A stretch of DNA of 25,792 nucleotides from a virus (taxonomy: Duplodnaviria; Caudoviricetes), in the IMG/VR virus record IMGVR_UViG_3300035396_000161, positions 1-25,792 of that record; one strand, given 5' to 3'. Below the pieces are notes generated by a model. The model saw only the letters and a list, made by a program, of their open reading frames with translations, searched no databases and had not been told where the DNA came from. The translations under genes were made by a program, and so were the position numbers. Shown piece after piece: positions 1-8,629 of the stretch (positions are counted from its first letter, which is position 1; every line of letters starts with the position of its first letter).

Positions 1-570
1 AAAGATAGATGGAAATTGGCTGTTGAGGAATTTGAAAAACTTGGTATTGATGACAGAGTTCAAAGATTTGCAGCAGTTGAACATAAAGATGGTAGAATTG
101 GATTAATTAAATCTTTTTTACATCTTTTTAAATACGCTAAACAAAAAGGATTAAAAAACATCTTAATATTTGAGGATGATATTAAATTTTTAAATAATCC
201 AAGTCAAACTTTAGAAGCAGTTAAATCACAATTACAATCTTTTGATATGTTATATTTAGGTGCAAACACTCATACTAAATTACAACAATATTCTGAAAAT
301 GTATATCATTTAAACAATGCTTTTGCTGCACATGCTATATGTTATAATGAAAGTGTATATGATGAAATTATAGAAAGATTTGAAAAGACAAATCAAATAT
401 TAAAACAAGAAGATATAAATGATGTTTTTTTCTGTTCATTACAGAATAAATATAAATGTTATCTAACATATCCACTACTTGCAACACAAAGACCAAGTTT
501 TTCAAATCTTGATAATAGAAATGTTGATTATAGTTTTATAGAAGAAAGATATAAAGTAAATGTAAAATAA
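1..570 (+). CDS. Glycosyltransferase family 25-like protein (5' end lies outside the window)
   Basis: Frame is open from base 1 (KDRWKLAVEEF...). GT25 motifs: RFAAV, G-L-x-x-S-F, ILIFEDD, FDMLYLG, AHAICYN, YPLLATQRPSFS. Confidence 0.8.
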   Translation, partial: KDRWKLAVEEFEKLGIDDRVQRFAAVEHKDGRIGLIKSFLHLFKYAKQKGLKNILIFEDDIKFLNNPSQTLEAVKSQLQSFDMLYLGANTHTKLQQYSENVYHLNNAFAAHAICYNESVYDEIIERFEKTNQILKQEDINDVFFCSLQNKYKCYLTYPLLATQRPSFSNLDNRNVDYSFIEERYKVNVK

Positions 571-571
571 T

Positions 572-1497
572 ATGATAAATGTAAATTTAATAGGTGGTGG
601 GTTTCATCATGATTTTACCTCAACAGCAGCAAAAAAATCAAAATATATAACATACGATAAAAATGTTATTAAAAATCTAATCACATTTTATGTTGATGGT
701 GGTATATATAGGGTGTTAAAATTAATTGAACATTTTTAAAACACATTTTCAAATATTGTTTATTTATTTTTAATATGAAACAAAAAATTTAAAAGTAAAT
801 TATTTTTGTTCAAAAAATTATAATACTCTATATATCATGGTATTGAAAAAAGATATAAAATAGAAACTTGTAGAGTTGCTTGGTTAAATGAATCTAAAGT
901 TATATTTGATTATGAAAATTTTTTACAAACCCTAATCCCTTAATAAATAATTTTGATATTATTTTAACTTATGATGATAGATTTTTAAAATATAGTGAAA
1001 AGTTTAAATTTATGAATCCAGACGGTTTTTGGATTAAAGAGCCTAAGATTTGTGAAAAATCTAAATTAGTTTCAATGATAACATCTAATAAACAAATGTG
1101 TAATGGTCATAGATATAGATTAGAAATTGCAAACAAATTAAAAAGTAAATTAGATTTATTTGGTAGAGGTATAAACAATATTACATTAAAAGAAGAAGGA
1201 TTAAATGATTATGCTTTTTCTATTGCAATGGAAAATGATATGGTTGATAGTTATTTTACGGAAAAAGTTTTAGATTGTTTTGCAACAGGAACTATACCAA
1301 TTTATCATGGTACTAAAAAAATAACAGATTATTTTAATACAGATGGTATTATATTTTTAGATGAATTAAATATTGACGATTTAAATATGGATTTATATTA
1401 TTCTAAATTAGATGCAGTAAAAGAAAATTTTGAAAAAGTTTTAAGTATGGAAACCTCAGAAGATAATATTTATTTAAAATATTTAATTAGAAAATAA
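572..1497 (+). pseudogene. GT10 (fucosyltransferase-like) glycosyltransferase, split by a MITE and a 1-nt frameshift
   Basis: ATG 572 gives MINVNLIGGGFHHD...FYVDGGIY. The same frame resumes after the insertion as HGIEK...VAWLNESK. A shift at about 919-930 leads to NPLINNFDIILTYDD...KF, joining ORF 1012-1497 (SMITSNK, LDLFGRG, FSIAMEN, YFTEKVLDCFATGTIPIY). Confidence 0.8.
710..829. mobile_element. 120-bp MITE / internally deleted IS
   Basis: Imperfect 23-bp terminal inverted repeats (agggtgttaaaattaattgaaca vs revcomp agagtattataattttttgaaca, 18/23). Direct repeat atatat at 704-709 and 830-835. Removing the element plus one repeat copy restores the codons GGT ATA TAT CAT. Confidence 0.85.
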
Positions 1498-1524
1498 AAA
1501 CAATAATATATAAATAAAAAATAT

Positions 1525-2343
1525 ATGAATAGATATATAATAGCAGGTAAAGGTGATATTTATAACGATAATAGTGATTTAACTAAATATTTTGAACTTG
1601 GTTGGGAAGTATCTACAACACATGTTGATATTAAATACTTATATAGTATTGGATATTTAGATGTTGATGATATTATAGTAACAAGCGATGATAGAAAATT
1701 TTTCTATGAGGGTTTATTTAATAATGTTATATCTTGGAATGAATATATTACATCTAAAAATAACATATTAGATGTAATTGATTTAGTTGATAATACTATA
1801 AATTTTCACCATAATAAACCAAATGATAAAAATCTGATATGGGATACTATTACTTATATTCCAAATGAGATTATTTCAAATTTTAATTACGATAATATCA
1901 ACATCAATAATAAACAATATGTTTGTTTAGCTTATAGAAGTAGAAATCATTCAAATAATAGAAATATGAATGATGAATATTTCACGTATTTAATAAATTC
2001 AGCTTTAGAAATGAATTATGATGTATATGTTATTGGTGTAGGTGGTGAAAAATTTGCAAATAATACAAATGTATTTTATGTAAATTTAAAAGAGGGTTGT
2101 ACATTATTAAATAATGAAAATTGTAAATATATTATATCTACAATGACAGGAACAGCTAATTTAACATTTTTTTGTAATAGTTTAAAAACACAATCGTTTA
2201 TATTAGATTTAGGTATGAATAGAAGTGATGGTAGTAATAGAATTATATCTGGAAATTGTTTAAATATGAGAAAAATAAAAACACATTTTGTTGGAAGACC
2301 AACTAAAGAAGAATTAATGAATTATATAAAATCTAATATATGA
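1525..2343 (+). CDS. Putative glycosyltransferase-like protein (GT-B-like C-terminal half)
   Basis: 272-aa ORF in the sugar cluster. The pattern YVCLAYRSR...RNM...VYVIG...IISTMTG resembles the donor-binding half of GT-B enzymes. Confidence 0.45.
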   Translation: MNRYIIAGKGDIYNDNSDLTKYFELGWEVSTTHVDIKYLYSIGYLDVDDIIVTSDDRKFFYEGLFNNVISWNEYITSKNNILDVIDLVDNTINFHHNKPNDKNLIWDTITYIPNEIISNFNYDNININNKQYVCLAYRSRNHSNNRNMNDEYFTYLINSALEMNYDVYVIGVGGEKFANNTNVFYVNLKEGCTLLNNENCKYIISTMTGTANLTFFCNSLKTQSFILDLGMNRSDGSNRIISGNCLNMRKIKTHFVGRPTKEELMNYIKSNI

Positions 2344-3260
2344 AAAGAATATTATTATTAAATCACAAAGAAAAAAGATGTGGTATTTATCAATATGGTT
2401 TTAGAATAGGAAACATATTAAATAAAGCCACATCTTTTATATTTAAATACGAAGAAATAAATAGTGTAGTTGAATATGACAATGTTGTAAATAATTTCAA
2501 TCCAGATATTATAATATACAATTATTATGATATAACTATGCCATTTTTAAATGATTATGAAATTAAAAAATATAATAGTATTAAACACACTTACATTCAT
2601 CATGCTGGAAATTATAGTAGATATTTTGAATATATTATACAATCCGACCCAACAATAGTTGAAACTAAAAATAGTATTAGTTTACCACGACCATTATTTG
2701 AAAATTATGAATTAGAATATAAAAATAATAATATACCAACAATTGGTAGTTTTGGATTTGGTTTTTATGATAAAGGTTTTGATAAAATATGTACATTAGT
2801 AAATAATGAATTTGATGCTGCTGTATTAAATTTACATATAACATTTTCATATTATGCAGATAATTTTGGTGATATGGCTAAAAAAATTGCAGATATATGT
2901 AAAAGCAAAATTACAAAACCAAATATAATATTAAATATTACACACGACTTTTTAACAGATGAACAAATGTTAAATTTCTTATCAAATAATGATGTGAATA
3001 TATATTTATATGATGATGCTCCGAAGGGAATATCGTCAGTTATAGATTATTCATTAAGTGTACAAAGACCATTAATTATAAATAAAACTTATATGTTTAA
3101 ACATTTACATAGTGTGAATGATAATTTATGTATTGAAAAAAATAATATTAAAAATATTATTAATAATGGTTGCAACGATACCGATATATTTAGGGATATG
3201 TGGAGTAATGAGAATTTAATTAAAAAAATTGAGAAACTAATTACTATAATATATAATTAA
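2340..3260 (+). CDS. Putative GT-B (GT4-like) glycosyltransferase
   Basis: CGIYQYG, IGSFGFGFYDKGFDKI, DVNIYLY...GISSVIDYSLSVQRPL. ATGA overlap with the upstream gene. Confidence 0.65.
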   Translation: MKRILLLNHKEKRCGIYQYGFRIGNILNKATSFIFKYEEINSVVEYDNVVNNFNPDIIIYNYYDITMPFLNDYEIKKYNSIKHTYIHHAGNYSRYFEYIIQSDPTIVETKNSISLPRPLFENYELEYKNNNIPTIGSFGFGFYDKGFDKICTLVNNEFDAAVLNLHITFSYYADNFGDMAKKIADICKSKITKPNIILNITHDFLTDEQMLNFLSNNDVNIYLYDDAPKGISSVIDYSLSVQRPLIINKTYMFKHLHSVNDNLCIEKNNIKNIINNGCNDTDIFRDMWSNENLIKKIEKLITIIYN

Positions 3261-3278
3261 AAAAATAAATAAACACAT

Positions 3279-3938
3279 ATGAATATAATTTTAAATGGTA
3301 GTCAAAGAATAGTTTATAACGATGTTATTAATGAATTGTTTGAGTTATGTCCTGAAACAATGAAAAGAAAAATTGCAGAAGCTAATGTTCAACAAGCTTT
3401 TGTTTTAGATTATGTTAGAAAAAATTTTAATAAAGATTCTAATATTTTAAGTGTTGGTGCTTATCAAGATACTGCAACAGAAAGTTTAGTTAAATTAGGT
3501 TATAATGTAACACAAATAGACCCAGATAATAATATGTTTGTAAAAACTATTATTAATAAAGATATAATCAATTTAGATTTACATAATTATTATTTACAAA
3601 ATACAGATAAAAAATTTGATTGTATTTTATCAACTTCTGTAATTGAACATGTTCAAAATGATGAGGAATTTGTTGATGATATGTGTAAAATGTTAAACAT
3701 TGATGGTATTGGTGTTTTAACATGTGATTTTAATAACGATTATAAAGCAGGTATGAATAAACCACACGTTGATTATAGATTATATACAAAATACGATTTA
3801 TTAGAAAGACTTAATAAAATTATAATTAATAATGGTTGTGAAATAATTGGTGAAATAAATTATGATGGTATAGTAGATTTTCATTATGAAAATTGTTTAT
3901 ATACCTTTGCAACATTAACATTTAAAAAAATAAAATAA
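3279..3938 (+). CDS. Class I SAM-dependent methyltransferase
   Basis: Motif I ILSVGAYQD, FDCILSTSVIEHV, L-x-x-x-G-x-x-VLT. Confidence 0.8.
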   Translation: MNIILNGSQRIVYNDVINELFELCPETMKRKIAEANVQQAFVLDYVRKNFNKDSNILSVGAYQDTATESLVKLGYNVTQIDPDNNMFVKTIINKDIINLDLHNYYLQNTDKKFDCILSTSVIEHVQNDEEFVDDMCKMLNIDGIGVLTCDFNNDYKAGMNKPHVDYRLYTKYDLLERLNKIIINNGCEIIGEINYDGIVDFHYENCLYTFATLTFKKIK

Positions 3939-3943
3939 AATAT

Positions 3944-6199
3944 ATGAAAGATTTATTCAGTTTAGGTAAACTTTATGTGTCAGATTTCATTAAAGATGAA
4001 AATGATATTAGATGTGATAAAGTTGAAATGAAAGTTGTTATGGATGAAAGTATAGGTGCGGTTAGATTATCGGAATTAGCACCATTAGATGCTATGTATG
4101 GAAAATATTGGTATCGTTCAGGTATTAATGATACTATGAAAAGAGAATTAAAAGATATTGTTGATAGCATATTGAAAGTTTACAAATTAAAAGAAAATGA
4201 TGTGTGGATTGATTGTGCTTGTAATGATGGTACTTTATTAAGTTGTTTACCAACAAATTTAACAAGAATAGGTATAGACCCAGCAGATGATACATATAAA
4301 GCTGAATCATCTAAACATTCAGATTTAATTATACAAGATTATTTTACAGCAAAATCTTATAAAAATTCTAAATTTGGAAATCAAAAAGCAAAAATATTTA
4401 CATGTATTGCAATGTTTTATGATTTAATGAATCCAGACGATTTTATAAAAGATGTTTATGAAATTTTAGATGATAATGGTATGTGGGTAATGCAATTATC
4501 ATATACACCATTAATGATTGAACAAATGGCATTTGATAATTTCTGTCATGAACATGCTTATTATTATTCATTATTTAATATTAAAAAATTATTAGAAAGA
4601 AATGGTTTTAAAATTGCAGATTGTCAATTGAATGATGTGAATGGTGGTAGTTTTAGAATATATATAATGAAAGAAAATTCTAATGAAAAGGTATTTGGTA
4701 CTCAACCATATAGAGATGTGTGTGATTTTAGAGTAAAATCTATATTAGAATATGAAAAATCTTTAAAATTAGATGAAGAATCTACTTGGTTAAAATATTT
4801 TGATGATATAAATAAATTGAAAAAACAAACTGTAGATTTTATAAAAGCTGAAAAGGCTAATGGTAAAGTTGTTTGGGGGTATGGTGCTTGCCACGATTCA
4901 AAAACAAGATTAATTACTGAAAACGGATTTAAAAATTTTGATGAAATAGAAAAAACTGATAAAATTTATACATTAAATCCAACAACAAATCAAATAGAAA
5001 TATCAACAATTGACGATATTATGATATATGATTATGATGACGATATGGTACATTTTTATGGTAAAAGAATAGATATGTTAGTAACACCTAACCATAATAT
5101 GTTATATCAAACATATAATAATAAAAATTTAAAATTTAAAATAGCCGATGAACTAATGAAAAATTGTCATTTTGCATTACCTAAAGGTGAATGGGTTGGA
5201 AAAGATACTGATAAGTTTTTAATTACAGATTTTGTTGACCAAAGCACATATAGTAATAAATGTAGAAAGATACAAAACGAATTTGAAACATCCGATTTTT
5301 TATATTTATTAGGTTTATTTATTGGTGATGGTTATGTTAAAAATCAAGAAGGTGATTTAGCTTCTGCATTTTGTATTCCTAAACAAGATAAAGCAAGACA
5401 AAAATTGATTAGTACATTAAATAATATGAATTTGTCATTTAGAGAATATGATGCTGAAATACAAGTTGCTTCACAAGCATTAAGAACAATATTTTTAGAA
5501 TGTGAACAAGGTGCAAAAAATAAAAGAATACCCAAATGGGCTTTAGAATATTCACCAAAATATTTAAGATGTTTATTAGATGGTTTGGTTGATAGTGATG
5601 GTTGGTATGAAAAAAATAGTAGAAAAAAATATGTAACAACATCAATAAATTTAGCCAAAGATGTTGTAGAATTATGTATTAAATTAGGTTATTTTCCATC
5701 AATAACAACAAAAAATCCACCTAAAAAAGCACCTAAAATAAAAGGTCGTGAAATACATTGTTCAATAGCATATCAAATCAATATAGGAAAAAGTCAACCA
5801 TATTGTTATAATACCAACACTAAATATCCAACATTAAAAGAAAAATATACTGGTAAAGTGTGGTGTTTATCAACAAATAATAAAAACTTTTTAGTTGAAA
5901 GAAATGGTAAAGTTGCTTTTTCAGGTAATTCAACTAAAGGTAATACACTATTGCAATATTTTGAATTAGATAATACTTTAATAGATGGTATTGCTGAAAG
6001 AAGTAAATATAAGTGGGGATTAAAAACAATTGGAACAAATATTCCAATCTGTTCAGAAGATGAAATGAGAAAAGCTAAACCAGATTATTTATTAGTATTA
6101 CCTTGGCATTTTATTAATGAATTTGTTGAAAGAGAAAAAGAATTTTTAGATGGTGGTGGTAAATTTATTGTACCTTGCCCAAAATTTGAAATAATATAA
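3944..6199 (+). CDS. NDP-hexose C-methyltransferase (Methyltransf_14 type) containing an intein
   Basis: YWYRSG, IDCACNDGTLL, GIDP, DNFCHEHAYYYS, VNGGSFR, WGYGA/STKGNTLL, PDYLLVLPWHF, GGKFIVPCP. The spliced extein is 404 aa. Confidence 0.9.
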   Translation: MKDLFSLGKLYVSDFIKDENDIRCDKVEMKVVMDESIGAVRLSELAPLDAMYGKYWYRSGINDTMKRELKDIVDSILKVYKLKENDVWIDCACNDGTLLSCLPTNLTRIGIDPADDTYKAESSKHSDLIIQDYFTAKSYKNSKFGNQKAKIFTCIAMFYDLMNPDDFIKDVYEILDDNGMWVMQLSYTPLMIEQMAFDNFCHEHAYYYSLFNIKKLLERNGFKIADCQLNDVNGGSFRIYIMKENSNEKVFGTQPYRDVCDFRVKSILEYEKSLKLDEESTWLKYFDDINKLKKQTVDFIKAEKANGKVVWGYGACHDSKTRLITENGFKNFDEIEKTDKIYTLNPTTNQIEISTIDDIMIYDYDDDMVHFYGKRIDMLVTPNHNMLYQTYNNKNLKFKIADELMKNCHFALPKGEWVGKDTDKFLITDFVDQSTYSNKCRKIQNEFETSDFLYLLGLFIGDGYVKNQEGDLASAFCIPKQDKARQKLISTLNNMNLSFREYDAEIQVASQALRTIFLECEQGAKNKRIPKWALEYSPKYLRCLLDGLVDSDGWYEKNSRKKYVTTSINLAKDVVELCIKLGYFPSITTKNPPKKAPKIKGREIHCSIAYQINIGKSQPYCYNTNTKYPTLKEKYTGKVWCLSTNNKNFLVERNGKVAFSGNSTKGNTLLQYFELDNTLIDGIAERSKYKWGLKTIGTNIPICSEDEMRKAKPDYLLVLPWHFINEFVEREKEFLDGGGKFIVPCPKFEII
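4889..5929 (+). mobile_element. Intein (347 aa) with LAGLIDADG homing endonuclease
   Basis: Starts CHDSKTRLITENG (C1), block B VTPNHNM, LAGLIDADG motifs LLGLFIGDG and LLDGLVDSDG, ends VWCL...NFLVERNGKVAFSGN followed by Ser(+1). Removal rejoins GYGA-STKG. Confidence 0.93.
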
Positions 6200-6418
6200 A
6201 AATAAATTAAAATATATATGAATTTTTACGCAGAATTTGAAACAGACCGTATAATTAGAGAAAAATACTTTTCAGATTATACATTTAAAGGAACAATGGT
6301 TGAAGTTGGTGCAGGTTTACCAGACTTTATAAGTGTTTCTAAACATTTTAGAGATAATGGCTGGAGATGTATATGTGTTGACCAAATCCAAAATTTGTCA
6401 TAACATTAGATAATTAAT

Positions 6419-6438
6419 TTTCGTACAAATGTACGAAA
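6419..6438. repeat. Perfect 9-bp inverted repeat (tttcgtaca-aa-tgtacgaaa) at the element left end
   Basis: Directly visible about 20 nt inside the inferred left boundary. Confidence 0.75.
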
Positions 6439-6533
6439 CTATAAATAAAAAAGCAAATATTATTTAATATATTTTTATTTAAAATTAGAAAATAAATTTA
6501 TTTATATATAATAATAAATAAATTTTATTTCTA

Positions 6534-8138
6534 ATGTTTAAAACATATAGCTTTAATATACGTAAAAATTCAGACAAAGATACATATAATGATATTATTT
6601 ATCGTTATACAGGTATGTATTTTAAGCTATTCAACAATGTTGATTCATTAGACGATAAAGACTTCATAACAGAAAATAGAGATAAATATAACTTTTCAAG
6701 AGATATATACGATTCATGTTGTGAGGATGTTAACATGATGCACAAATCAGTAGCAGAAATTAGACAAGAAAAAGAAGAAAAAATTAAAGAAATTAATGAA
6801 TGGCTTGACGAATACGATAAAAAAACATCACATACTAAAAAACAAAAGCATCATAGAAGAAAATTAATCAAAACTAAAGAATTTCTTATTCGTACTAAAG
6901 ATAATGGTATATGTTTTGGGGGTAAACACATACTTAGACAAATAACTGAATTACACAACAAAATACGAAATACACAAGATAAAACAGAAATATATAAATT
7001 AGACGGAAGATTAAGAAATTTAAAAGCAACATACAAAAGTAATAGAGAAAGAACTATATTTATCATTGGTAGAGCTAGTGAAGGTGGAAATAGATACTTC
7101 GAGTTTCATTTAGATGAAAACTACATCATTTTTAAATTCGACAGAAATACACACATTAGATTAGATTTAACACAAATGCACGGAAGCGAAAGACAACAAA
7201 CAATAATAAAATTACAAGAATTAGCTGTTAATGAAGATATACCTATCACTGTACGCTTAGGAAGACATAAAGTCCACATATCTTTTGATACAGAAATAGT
7301 ATATGGTTATGGTTTTGATACTAAAGCTTTCAACATCGCTGTTAAAGATAATCCTGAATTGGATAAAGCTACTATTAGACAAGAATTCTTTAAAGAGCAA
7401 GAAAGTAGAAAACTTGATGGTAAAATAGTTAATAGAGTTGCAGGTTTTGACTTGAATCCTAGTGAATTAGGATTTTCAATTGTTGATGTTGATGAAAATG
7501 GAGAAGTTGTAAATATAGTATTTCATCATGCTTATCATGTTGGTTTTTATGTAAACAAAAAGAAGATGAGTAGAAGAGATAGAAACAAATACTACTATGA
7601 ATTAGCTATGTGTGTTAAGGACGCTTTTAAACACTGTGTACATTATAAAGTGTCTATGGTTTCGGTAGAAGAATTGAAAAAAATAACCACTAAAGATTTA
7701 AAATCGAACAGTAAATATTTCAATAGAATAACGAAAAATAATTGGAATAGAATTTTACAAATTGAGTTAATAAATAGTTATTGTGATAAAAACGGTATAT
7801 TATACAGAGAAGTAGAAGCTTATTACTCTTCTTTTATTGGTAATATGATGTATAAAATATATGATTGTTGTGCTGCTGCTGTTGAGTTAGCACGTAGAGG
7901 ATATTTAAAATTTAATAAAAACTGTAAGAATCGAGTATATCCAAGAATAAGTAATGATGTCTATCAGTACATGTGTTATCTGGTAGGTTGTGAAATTACT
8001 AAACCATCTTGGATGAAATGTTATAAAATATTTAAAATGTTTGATTCTGTATTAATTGAGGGCTGGTGGAGAAACAAAAACTTCACTGAAGGTAAATACT
8101 TAAACACCAAAAAATCTAATGTAGTATTTAGATACTAA
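6534..8138 (+). CDS. tnpB: TnpB-related RuvC nuclease (Cas12-ancestor family, zinc-finger-less variant), 534 aa
   Basis: RuvC-I VAGFDLNP, RuvC-II VSVEEL, VEAYYSSFIG, RuvC-III YDCCAAAVELARRG. N-terminal ICFGGK and IIG-x5-GNRYF motifs match the TnpB-related accessory family. D-E-D triad intact. Confidence 0.8.
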   Translation: MFKTYSFNIRKNSDKDTYNDIIYRYTGMYFKLFNNVDSLDDKDFITENRDKYNFSRDIYDSCCEDVNMMHKSVAEIRQEKEEKIKEINEWLDEYDKKTSHTKKQKHHRRKLIKTKEFLIRTKDNGICFGGKHILRQITELHNKIRNTQDKTEIYKLDGRLRNLKATYKSNRERTIFIIGRASEGGNRYFEFHLDENYIIFKFDRNTHIRLDLTQMHGSERQQTIIKLQELAVNEDIPITVRLGRHKVHISFDTEIVYGYGFDTKAFNIAVKDNPELDKATIRQEFFKEQESRKLDGKIVNRVAGFDLNPSELGFSIVDVDENGEVVNIVFHHAYHVGFYVNKKKMSRRDRNKYYYELAMCVKDAFKHCVHYKVSMVSVEELKKITTKDLKSNSKYFNRITKNNWNRILQIELINSYCDKNGILYREVEAYYSSFIGNMMYKIYDCCAAAVELARRGYLKFNKNCKNRVYPRISNDVYQYMCYLVGCEITKPSWMKCYKIFKMFDSVLIEGWWRNKNFTEGKYLNTKKSNVVFRY

Positions 8139-8629
8139 TTGTTTAGATTTGTTTATATATTTAATACCTCGAAATGCACAAAAAATTAAATAATGAAATT
8201 TATCAATATGCTTGTTCAAATGAAAATAGTGATGATAGTACATTTGAAATTATTGATAATGGTGCTTGGGACGAAAATAAAATGGGAATTAGCTATTCTT
8301 CTTTAAAAGTTAAAGATGAATATTTAAAACATGATAACGTTAGTATGAATACATTTAAAAATGTTGAGGTTATAAATGTTAAAACAAGAAAATTAAATTC
8401 TATATTAGAAGAAGCAGAAGTTGAAAGTGTTGATTTTTTGAGTGTTGATACGGAAGGTTGGGAGTTGGAAGTTGTGCAAGGTTTCAATATTGAAAAATAT
8501 AATCCAAAAGTAGTATTATTAGAAAATTATATTTATACACCAACATATGAACAATATATGGATAGTATTGGATATAAATTAGATACTAGATTGAATTATA
8601 ATTATATATTTGTAAAAAAATAAAAATTT

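Larger units (their letters stand above)
6400..8170 (+). mobile_element. Non-autonomous TnpB-encoding element (IS200/IS605- or IS607-type), about 1771 bp
   Basis: Boundaries defined by the host gene continuity (TTTGTC | GAAATG), with TC at both junctions. No long TIR or TSD. Subterminal perfect inverted repeat at 6419-6438. The only credible gene inside is TnpB-like. Confidence 0.85.
6218..8623 (+). pseudogene. FkbM-family methyltransferase split by a TnpB element (fragments 6218-6399 and 8171-8623)
   Basis: N-fragment has MVEVGAG...GWRCICV, then after a 1-nt slip PNPKFV (6382-6399). It continues at 8171 as E-MHKK... with VDFLSVDTEGWELEVVQGF and PKVVLLEN. Reconstructed length is about 211 aa. 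Confidence 0.85.

Noticed and set aside
6400-6533. IStron (group I intron plus TnpB) that would splice out of the FkbM mRNA
   Set aside because: Only 134 nt of almost pure A/T precede tnpB, with no recognisable group I core (P4/P7) and too little room for one.
6400-8300. Type V CRISPR-Cas (Cas12f-like) locus
   Set aside because: No repeat-spacer array on either side, and the gene sits inside a discrete insertion in another gene.
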